Shown: one piece after another, positions 19,196-26,337 of the stretch
How positions within the stretch are numbered: position 1 is the first letter of the stretch
Layout of the letters: every line of letters starts with the position of its first letter
Assembly (NCBI GenBank): GCA_944350145.1
Contig: CALVOC010000001.1
Span: 1 to 40,029, forward strand
DNA: 40,029 nt
Reading direction: 5' to 3'
Source of the DNA: an uncultured Bacilli bacterium
GTDB taxonomy: Bacteria > Bacillota_I > Bacilli_A > RF39 > UBA660
The notes under the pieces: model-generated
What the model was told of the DNA's origin: nothing
Seen by the model: only the letters and a program-made list of their open reading frames with translations
Database searches by the model: none
Program-made: the position numbers and the translations under genes

Positions 19196-19985
19196 ATGTA
19201 TGGAGCAATTTTTGGAGATTTAGCTGGAAGTATTTATGAATATGATCAGATAAAAAAAGTAAGTCCTGTTGTTTTGCCTAAAAATATTTTTGAAGAGAAA
19301 TCTTTTTTTAGTGATGATACAATTTTAACGATCGCGATTGCAGATGCTATTAATGAAGATCTAGATTATGATAGATCGTTAAGAAAATGGATATTAAAAT
19401 ATCAAACATATCATTCGGATTTTACACCATATTTTTCTTCTTCTTTTTCACCTAGTTTGTTAAAATGGGCTAGAAGTGATAAGGTTGGATGTAGCAAAGG
19501 AAATGGAGCAATGATGAGAATTTCTCCTGTTGGATTTTTATTTGAACAAGAAGAGGAAATTTTTTTTCATGCAAGAGCTGCAACTATGCCATCCCATAAT
19601 TCTTCGCAAGCGATTTTTTCTGCTACTTTGATTGCGTTGATCATTTTTCATTTAAGAAATGGAGTAAGTCTTTCAAAAATTTTTCAAATGTTTCAATTAA
19701 ATCCCCAGTATACACCTTTTAAAAAGTTTAATACGACGTGTTCTGAAACTTTGGAAAATTGTTTATATGTCTTAGCAAGTTCATGTGATTTTGAAAGTGC
19801 TATTCGTAAATCTATTCAAATGGGTGGAGATACAGATACAAATGCTTCTATTGTTGGGGGAATGGCTGAGGCACTTTATGGAATTGAACCCCCAATATAT
19901 TTCTTTTGTCAATGAACGAATTCCTCAAGGATTTATTCAAGTTTTAGAAAAGACAAATTATTATACGAGGAAAAGAAAACCTTAA
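19196..19985 (+). pseudogene. ADP-ribosylglycohydrolase family gene interrupted by a +1 frameshift in a C5 run
   Basis: GDLAGSIYE and GGDTDTNASIVGGMAEALYGIE are ARH hallmarks. The frame breaks at CCCCC 19889-19893. The family-typical C-terminus (QYISFVNERIPQGFIQVLEK...) continues in the next frame, which is ORF 19785..19985. Confidence 0.7.
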
Positions 19986-20025
19986 TCTTTTTTTGTATTC
20001 ATGATATAATGACGTTGGGATATTT

Positions 20026-20520
20026 ATGAAAAAAAAAGAAATATTTATTATTTTTGTTTTGGTTATGTTTGATCAAGGAATTAAATTTTTAATGGAGAAT
20101 CTTCTTTTACATGGAAGAATTGAAATTATTCCAAGTTTTTTTTCTTTGACATGGGTAAAAAATACTGGGGCTGCTTGGAGTTTTTTTGAAAATCAAACGT
20201 TTTTTTTGATTGTCATTAGTTTTCTTTGCTTAATTTTTTTAACTGTTATAAAAAATACCATAAAAGATGGCACTTTAAAATTCTGGGCTATATCTTTATT
20301 GTATGCGGGGATACTTGGAAATTTGATTGATCGAATATTTTTTGGGTATGTAAAAGATTATTTGAGTTTTACTTTATTTCATTATTCTTTTCCTGTTTTT
20401 AATTTAGCAGATACTTTTATTGTTTTAGGAGCTTTTTTATTTGTTATAACTGTTTTAAAGGAGGATAGCTGTCATGGAAAAAATTTTAGTATTAGAAGAA
20501 GAAAGTCAACGAATCGATAA
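20026..20520 (+). CDS. lspA: lipoprotein signal peptidase (signal peptidase II)
   Basis: NTGAAWSF, VKDYL and FNLADTFI (catalytic Asp motifs); 4 TM segments. Confidence 0.9.
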   Translation: MKKKEIFIIFVLVMFDQGIKFLMENLLLHGRIEIIPSFFSLTWVKNTGAAWSFFENQTFFLIVISFLCLIFLTVIKNTIKDGTLKFWAISLLYAGILGNLIDRIFFGYVKDYLSFTLFHYSFPVFNLADTFIVLGAFLFVITVLKEDSCHGKNFSIRRRKSTNR

Positions 20521-21391
20521 ATATTTAAGTGAAAAACTAGAATATTCTCGGGCTTATGTTCAAAAGTTGTTAGATGAAAATTTAATTCAAGTCAATGGTA
20601 AGCTTGTCAAAGCTTCTTATAAAGTGGCTTTAAATGATGAGATTACTATTTTAGGAAATCTTGATGAGGATATGAATGTTACACCGGAAAATATTCCTTT
20701 AGATATTGTTTATGAAGATAATGATGTTTTACTCATTAATAAACCTTCTGGAATGGTGGTTCATCCAGGAAGTGGAAATTATCATCACACTTTAGTAAAT
20801 GCTTTACTTTATTACACCAAGAATTTAAGTGATTGTAATGGGTCAACTAGACCTGGAATTGTGCATCGTATTGATAAAGATACTTCTGGGTTAATTTTGG
20901 TTGCTAAAAATAATCAAGCTCATGCTATTTTAGCAGATGATTTTGCTCATAAGAGAGTTAAAAGAAAATATATCGCATTAGTTAAAGGAATTTTAAAACA
21001 CAATCACATTACCATTGATGCTCCAATTGGTAGAGATCCTTTAAATCGTAAAAAAATGACCGTTATCGACAAAAATAGTAAGAATGCAGTTACCCATATT
21101 ACAGTTTTAAAAAGATATAAAGAATATACATTAGTAGAATGTGAATTAGAAACAGGAAGAACGCATCAAATTCGAGTACATATGGCTTATATTGGTTATC
21201 CAATTTACAATGATCCTGTATATTCTTCTCAAAAGGCTAGTGAATTTGGTCAATTTCTACATTCAAGTGAAATTTCATTTGTGCAACCAATCACTAAACA
21301 AGCTTTGCATTTTGCATGTCCACTTCCTAAAGAATTTCAAACTTTTTTAGAAAAATTGGATCAAGAACTTGTAGAAGAAAAAGGAGAATAG
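20474..21391 (+). CDS. rluD: 23S rRNA pseudouridine synthase, RluA/RluD family
   Basis: S4 domain (RIDKYLSE), HRIDKDTSGL (catalytic Asp) and GRTHQIRVH. Shows the classic lspA-rluD overlap. Confidence 0.9.
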   Translation: MEKILVLEEESQRIDKYLSEKLEYSRAYVQKLLDENLIQVNGKLVKASYKVALNDEITILGNLDEDMNVTPENIPLDIVYEDNDVLLINKPSGMVVHPGSGNYHHTLVNALLYYTKNLSDCNGSTRPGIVHRIDKDTSGLILVAKNNQAHAILADDFAHKRVKRKYIALVKGILKHNHITIDAPIGRDPLNRKKMTVIDKNSKNAVTHITVLKRYKEYTLVECELETGRTHQIRVHMAYIGYPIYNDPVYSSQKASEFGQFLHSSEISFVQPITKQALHFACPLPKEFQTFLEKLDQELVEEKGE

Positions 21392-21682
21392 GGAAAGAGT
21401 GAAAAGAAAATAAGGAGCTTCTAAAATATGGAAGGAATTATTTTCTTTTTTTAAAGCTAAAATTAGGAAAAGGCTATAGCATGTTAAAAAGAAAGAAGAG
21501 CAAACGGTTAAAAAAACTTCTTTAAAATGGAAGCCAAAAATGAGAGTGGATAATATAAAAATACCGTTTGAAAAGACTAAGAATAAAAGATCATTTAAAT
21601 CTTCTTTTTCTAAAAAGGTTTTTGTGATAGGAATGCCTATTAAAAATAAAGTAATGAGGAGAATTATAATTAAAAAAGCCAT
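21347..21682 (-). CDS. small multi-TM membrane protein (about 111 aa)
   Basis: GAAGGTG RBS before Met27 of the ORF-track product (MAFLIIILLITLF...). 3-4 hydrophobic helices. Its 3' end overlaps the rluD 3' end. Confidence 0.5.
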   Translation of the reverse strand: MAFLIIILLITLFLIGIPITKTFLEKEDLNDLLFLVFSNGIFILSTLIFGFHFKEVFLTVCSSFFLTCYSLFLILALKKENNSFHILEAPYFLFTLSLFSFFFYKFLIQFF

Positions 21683-21746
21683 TTTTTCACCTTCTTTACT
21701 AATTGTATGTTTTACGATATAATAATATGTATGGAGGGTGTGTTTT

Positions 21747-22889
21747 ATGGCTGTAACCATGGATAAAAAAGATGAAATGATTATGCGTTTAGTGCATTAT
21801 TTTATTACAGAAGAAAATTATAGTCCAATCGTTGTCAATGGTGTGAAAGATGAAATTTGGCTTCAGAATCAAGAAGGACCTTATAAAATTATTCGCATCA
21901 ATGCCAATTATATACATAATAAAGAACAATATGAATTTGATTTAGCAAAACTTAGAAATGTTATGCGACAAGTAAAGAGAAAAACTTTATCTTGGTCTAT
22001 GAATGCTTTAAATATTTTGCTTGATGTCAATGAAAATGTTGTTTTAGACGAGCAGAAGAATATTGAATCTGTCGCCTTGAAAATAGGTTCGTTAATTAAA
22101 GCCAAACCGGTTTTAGATATTTTTCCAGATATTAATCATAAAATGCTTTTAAATGAAAAAGGTATTGATTTGATGATTGATGTAACTAACGATATTAATC
22201 AAAAAACAGATCGAGAAAATAAAGTTTATGAAAGTATTTTTCGACCTAAAAAAATTGTTGTTACTAATTTGTTAATCGCGATTAATGTTCTTGTGTTTTT
22301 TCTCGTTTTTGTGATGTCTAATGCGAATTTATCGGCTTTGAATTTGCTTCGATTTGGTGGAGTAAATGCTACTTTAGTACAAAATGGAGAAATTTGGCGT
22401 TTAATTACAGGAGGTTTTTTGCACGGTGGAATTTTGCATTTGCTTTTTAATATGTATTCTTTATATATTATTGGAACTCAAATTGAAAATTTTGTTGGCA
22501 AATGGAAATTTTTAGCTATTTATTTTGCCAGTATGATTTCCTCTAGTTTAATGAGTTGTGTTATCAATGATAGTGTTGTCAGTGTCGGTGCTTCGGGAGC
22601 TATTTTTGGTTTATTAGGGGCAATGGTTTATTTCGGATATCATTATCGTTTATATTTAGGAAGTGTTTTAAGGAATCAAATTATTCCTTTGATCTTATTA
22701 AATCTTTTGTTCGGCTTTATGGTTAGTGGAATTGATAATGCTGCCCATTTAGGTGGACTTATTGGTGGATTATTGATTTCTATGGCTTTAGGTGTTCAAA
22801 AAAGAGAAGGAAAACAGAATCGAATTAATGGATTAATTGCTTTCTGTATTTATATTATCTTTTTAGTATATTTATTATTTTGGAGATAA
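21747..22889 (+). CDS. rhomboid-family intramembrane serine protease (YqgP/GluP-like)
   Basis: Cytoplasmic N-terminal domain plus a rhomboid core: HGGILHLLFNM, GASGAIFGLLG (Ser) and AAHLGGLIGG (His). GGAGGG RBS 8 nt before ATG 21747. Confidence 0.85.
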   Translation: MAVTMDKKDEMIMRLVHYFITEENYSPIVVNGVKDEIWLQNQEGPYKIIRINANYIHNKEQYEFDLAKLRNVMRQVKRKTLSWSMNALNILLDVNENVVLDEQKNIESVALKIGSLIKAKPVLDIFPDINHKMLLNEKGIDLMIDVTNDINQKTDRENKVYESIFRPKKIVVTNLLIAINVLVFFLVFVMSNANLSALNLLRFGGVNATLVQNGEIWRLITGGFLHGGILHLLFNMYSLYIIGTQIENFVGKWKFLAIYFASMISSSLMSCVINDSVVSVGASGAIFGLLGAMVYFGYHYRLYLGSVLRNQIIPLILLNLLFGFMVSGIDNAAHLGGLIGGLLISMALGVQKREGKQNRINGLIAFCIYIIFLVYLLFWR

Positions 22890-22898
22890 GTTAAAAAT

Positions 22899-22929
22899 CC
22901 CACCAACCCACTTGACGTGGGGGGGGGGG
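22899..22929. repeat. C-rich/G-rich imperfect hairpin ending in an 11-G homopolymer
   Basis: CCCACCAACCCAC-ttgac-GTGGGGGGGGGGG. The G-run spans 22919-22929. It lies between the rhomboid stop codon and its terminator. Confidence 0.9.
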
Positions 22930-22938
22930 TATTGTGAT

Positions 22939-22971
22939 AAAATTACTATGGAGAATCATAGTAATTTTTTT
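22939..22971 (+). terminator. rho-independent terminator after the rhomboid gene
   Basis: AAAATTACTATG-6 nt-CATAGTAATTTT followed by a T-run. Confidence 0.85.
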
Positions 22972-23038
22972 ATGATTTGATACAATAAGATAAGAATGAA
23001 AATAGAGAAGAATTCCATATTAATAGTAGGTGTTATTC

Positions 23039-25324
23039 ATGAAAAAAATCATTTTAAGTATAATTTTCACTTTTGTTTTGGGAATATGTATTTTATTTAT
23101 GTTTGATCAAAAAGCAAAGGATCTTTCTTTTCATATGGATTCTATAGAACTAGCCATTTATTTAAATGATGAAAAAACTAGCACTATACCTTCAAAGACT
23201 AGTGGGTACTATTATGACCGAGAAAAAACAAGTTGTACCAATGGGGCTTATATTAATTGGGATAGTATTACATGGAGTCCAGTGGTAAATAATGTAACAA
23301 GTTATCCGACAAGATGTGAAATTTTTTTTACGACAACCTATACTGAGGGGATACTAAATGGAATGGATCCTGTGTTAAAAGATGAATTAGTGCCTGTAAC
23401 TATAGATAATAATGGAACAGTTAAAAAAGCCGATTTGGAAAGCAAATGGTATAGTTATGAAGAAAAAAAATGGGCGAATGCTGTTGTTTTAAAAGAGTAT
23501 GATTTATATGATTTATCTAGTAATCATTTTAATGGAAAGCTTATGAATGGAGCGACAATTGTTACGGATAGTTCTGGTAAAAAAGCTATTTCTTTTGATG
23601 GAGTAGATGATTATGTAGATATTGTAGATATTCCAAATACTGTAAATTTTGAAGGTGGATTTACAGTAGAGTTTGAAGCTGTATGGGAAACATTTCATAA
23701 TTTTTCAAGAATCTTTGATTTTAGTGATGAGAAACTTAATTATCAAATTTTTGTTTCAAATAATTATGATAATGGTGATTTTTTAATTGGTGGAAGAATG
23801 GGCGATAAAGCAGATAGTAGCTTAAATACAACGATTACTAATCAAATCAGTTTAAATCAAAAAGCACAGTACAAGTTTGAGTACGTGAAAGAAAATAGTC
23901 AGAATGTTTTAAAATATTATAAAAATGGAAGTTTAATTCAAACAATAAATAAGGGAACATTGAGCAATAAAAATACTTTATATACAAATAATTATTTAGG
24001 AAGAAGTGCGTGGGATGGAAATCCAGGTTCTTTAGATGAATATTTTGATGGCTTGATTTATTCTATAAAAATTACAGATTCTAGTGGAACTCCTATATTG
24101 TGGTATGATTTAAATAATGAGAATACATTAAAAGCTTATACTTATCAAGAAAGTGAGATTATACCAGAAAGTGCTATAGAATCTTATTTTGTATGGATAC
24201 CTAAATATCGTTATCAATTATGGGATCTTGGTAATTATGATAGTTTAACTAGTATAAATACTTCAAAAGTCCATGAAATTCCTATTATTTTTGGAGATTA
24301 TGATACCAGTGATAGTAAAGAAGGAGAATGTACGACTCCGATGAAATCTGGAGAAAGTGGAAATTGTAAAGTAGGAGACTACATGACTCATCCGGCATTT
24401 ATAAGTATTCCAAGTACAGGATTTTGGGTTGGAAAATTTGAAACTGGATATGATGGAGCAACTACAAAAGGAGAAGCTGAACAAAATGTAAATGATTCAA
24501 GTAAAGTCATTATAAAACCAAATGTATATAGTTGGCGAGGAATACAAGTAGCCAATGCTTTTTATACAAGTTACAATTATAAAAGAAACTTAGATAGTCA
24601 TATGATGAAGAATACGGAGTGGGGAGCGGTTGCTTATTTACAGCATAGCAAATATGGATCGAGTTCTAGTGTAAGGATTAATAACGATAAGGATCAAAAA
24701 ACTGGTTTAGCGGCGATTAATGAACCGACGTGTAATTATACTACTACAAATGAATCTTGTAATATTTATTGTACAGATGGCACTTGCAATACTGCTTATC
24801 CTAATAGTGTTTTTGCAAGTACTACTAATAATATAAGTGGGATTTTTGATATGAGTGGAGGAGCCTGGGATTATGTGATGGGAGTTTTAGTGGATGAAGA
24901 TGGTCGTTTAGTAACCGGCAAAAATAGTAAGGATCATTCTGGATTTAATGGTGTTTTTGGGTGCCCTACATGCGACAATGATACAAGTGGATTAACTGAA
25001 TTAACAAATGGGTACGATTGGCCAGAGGAAAAATATTATGATAAATATGTTTATAGTATTTCCAGAGAGGAATATTTTAGAAGAATATTAGGAGATGCAA
25101 CTGCTGAGGCCGGTCCTGGGGGAACTAAAACATATAATGGCCATTTGCGGATGGTTGGAAGTTGGTATGATGATAGTTACTATATGGTTTATAATGAAGC
25201 TTCTTTCTTTTGGCGAGGTGGAGAAAGTGATCATGGAACAGATGCTGGTATATTTTCTAGTGCTTATAGGCAAGGCATTACTAATATCGGTGGAGCCTTT
25301 CGAATTATTCTTACTCCAGTCTAG
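23039..25324 (+). CDS. secreted/membrane-anchored LamG (concanavalin-like) plus FGE-sulfatase/C-type-lectin-like domain protein
   Basis: N-terminal hydrophobic segment. ISFDGVDDYVDI...FTVEFEAVWE..RIFDF (LamG_3-like). C-terminal MKNTEWGAVAYL, GIFDMSGGAWDYV and GGAFRII resemble the SUMF1/FGE fold (tEaEWeyAar, GlyDMsGNvwEW, GFR). Confidence 0.65.
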   Translation: MKKIILSIIFTFVLGICILFMFDQKAKDLSFHMDSIELAIYLNDEKTSTIPSKTSGYYYDREKTSCTNGAYINWDSITWSPVVNNVTSYPTRCEIFFTTTYTEGILNGMDPVLKDELVPVTIDNNGTVKKADLESKWYSYEEKKWANAVVLKEYDLYDLSSNHFNGKLMNGATIVTDSSGKKAISFDGVDDYVDIVDIPNTVNFEGGFTVEFEAVWETFHNFSRIFDFSDEKLNYQIFVSNNYDNGDFLIGGRMGDKADSSLNTTITNQISLNQKAQYKFEYVKENSQNVLKYYKNGSLIQTINKGTLSNKNTLYTNNYLGRSAWDGNPGSLDEYFDGLIYSIKITDSSGTPILWYDLNNENTLKAYTYQESEIIPESAIESYFVWIPKYRYQLWDLGNYDSLTSINTSKVHEIPIIFGDYDTSDSKEGECTTPMKSGESGNCKVGDYMTHPAFISIPSTGFWVGKFETGYDGATTKGEAEQNVNDSSKVIIKPNVYSWRGIQVANAFYTSYNYKRNLDSHMMKNTEWGAVAYLQHSKYGSSSSVRINNDKDQKTGLAAINEPTCNYTTTNESCNIYCTDGTCNTAYPNSVFASTTNNISGIFDMSGGAWDYVMGVLVDEDGRLVTGKNSKDHSGFNGVFGCPTCDNDTSGLTELTNGYDWPEEKYYDKYVYSISREEYFRRILGDATAEAGPGGTKTYNGHLRMVGSWYDDSYYMVYNEASFFWRGGESDHGTDAGIFSSAYRQGITNIGGAFRIILTPV

Positions 25325-25333
25325 ATAAAAATT

Positions 25334-25368
25334 AAAAAAATCAAGAAAATTTTAATTCTTGATTTTTT
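25334..25368. terminator. bidirectional terminator shared by the LamG-protein gene and lexA
   Basis: A7-TCAAGAA-8 nt-TTCTTGA-T6. Confidence 0.8.
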
Positions 25369-25376
25369 AAAGTTTA

Positions 25377-26003
25377 TTAAAAAGTTCGGTATAAGCCAAT
25401 TGCTTTTCCTAAAATAGTTACATTTTTAAAAATGAAAGGGGCCATGGTATCATTTTCTGGTTGTAAGCGAATGTGGTCATCTTCTTTATAAAAGGTTTTT
25501 AGAGTAACTTCGTTTTCTTCAGTCATAGCTACTACAATATCGCCGTTGCGAGCTGTGTTTTGACGTTTGACAATTACATAATCTCCATCATAAATTCCTT
25601 TATTGATCATAGATTCACCACTTACTTCTAAAGTGAAAACTGTTTCATTTTGGGGAATTATAGATGCTGGAAGATTAAAATATTCGTTTGGTCTTTCGAT
25701 TGCTTCAATTGGATTTCCTGCTGTAATTTTTCCAAGTAAAGGAACTTTTACAACATCTTCATCTTGTTCTAAGTATTCGTTATCTACAAGAAGTTCAATT
25801 GTGCGAAATTTATTGCTGGAATTTTTAATTACACCAGCTTCTTTTAATTTATTTAGATGAGCTTGAACCGTTGCAGGGCTTGATAAACCTAGTGCTTGGC
25901 CAATTTCTCTTACAGCTGGAGGATATCCATGTTTTGCAGTATATTTTTTTATATAATCTAAAACGGCGGTTTGCTTTTTTGTCAATTCTTTCTTCTCTTT
26001 CAT
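25377..26003 (-). CDS. lexA: LexA repressor
   Basis: wHTH segment AVREIGQALGLSSPATVQAHLNKLKEAGVI, cleavage site ITAG|NP, catalytic SGESM and the TLK Lys. Confidence 0.95.
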   Translation of the reverse strand: MKEKKELTKKQTAVLDYIKKYTAKHGYPPAVREIGQALGLSSPATVQAHLNKLKEAGVIKNSSNKFRTIELLVDNEYLEQDEDVVKVPLLGKITAGNPIEAIERPNEYFNLPASIIPQNETVFTLEVSGESMINKGIYDGDYVIVKRQNTARNGDIVVAMTEENEVTLKTFYKEDDHIRLQPENDTMAPFIFKNVTILGKAIGLYRTF

Positions 26004-26039
26004 TTCTTAAAATCACTCTCCATAATCATCTTAGCATAG

Positions 26040-26100
26040 GTAATGTAAAATGTCAAACAATTGTTCTTTTCTTTATTGACACGAACAAATGTATTATGGT
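26040..26100. promoter_or_regulatory. divergent SOS control region: two LexA (Cheo-type) boxes overlapping back-to-back promoters
   Basis: Box 1 is cAAACaattGTTCt (26053-26066). It overlaps the lexA promoter -35 on the minus strand (TTGACA-17 nt-TAAGAT). Box 2 is CGAACaaatGTatt (26081-26094). It sits directly after the plus-strand TTGACA (26075-26080), within the spacer before TGgTAAGAT. Confidence 0.7.
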
Positions 26101-26125
26101 AAGATTTATTTGGAAAGAGGGAGTT

Positions 26126-26269
26126 ATGATGGAAAAATTTTTGAAAAGATATGGAATTATTGTTTTACTTTATTTAGTAATTATTTGTGGAGTTCTTCTT
26201 TTAAACGAACGAATAAGATTGCTTAATGAGGTAGAAACAACTAAGGTGGTTCAATATTCGGCAAATTAA
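26126..26269 (+). CDS. 47-aa single-TM protein divergent from lexA (candidate SOS cell-division inhibitor, YneA/SosA-like by position)
   Basis: AGAGGGAG RBS. Product MMEKFLKRYGIIVLLYLVIICGVLLLNERIRLLNEVETTKVVQYSAN. A LexA-boxed promoter lies upstream. The remainder of the 132-aa ORF-track entry is antisense to lexA. Confidence 0.6.
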   Translation: MMEKFLKRYGIIVLLYLVIICGVLLLNERIRLLNEVETTKVVQYSAN

Positions 26270-26337
26270 TTTTTTTCTTTTATTTACTCTAATCAAAAAA
26301 TTTGATATACTTCTATATAGAATAAAGGAGTGAAATC

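Noticed and set aside
19785-19985. The separate 66-aa ORF.
   Set aside because: It is the frameshifted C-terminus of the ADP-ribosylglycohydrolase gene, not an independent gene.
22919-22929. The poly-G tract as a classical promoter-spacer phase-variation switch for the downstream LamG gene.
   Set aside because: The tract lies upstream of the rhomboid gene's terminator hairpin (22939-22971), inside the 3' UTR. It does not lie between -35 and -10 elements or inside a coding region. It is kept only as an unexplained structure.
25090-25324. The C-terminal FGE/CLec-like segment as the variable region of a diversity-generating retroelement.
   Set aside because: No reverse transcriptase gene and no second near-identical copy (template repeat) of this segment is visible anywhere in the 40 kb. 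The gene is followed directly by a terminator and lexA. A distant TR/RT cannot be excluded without the rest of the genome.
25871-26125. The 132-aa ORF-track product starting at 25871.
   Set aside because: Its first 85 codons are antisense to the lexA 5' end and to the promoter region, and they have no RBS. Only the last 47 codons (from ATG 26126) have an RBS, a promoter and a membrane-protein-like sequence.
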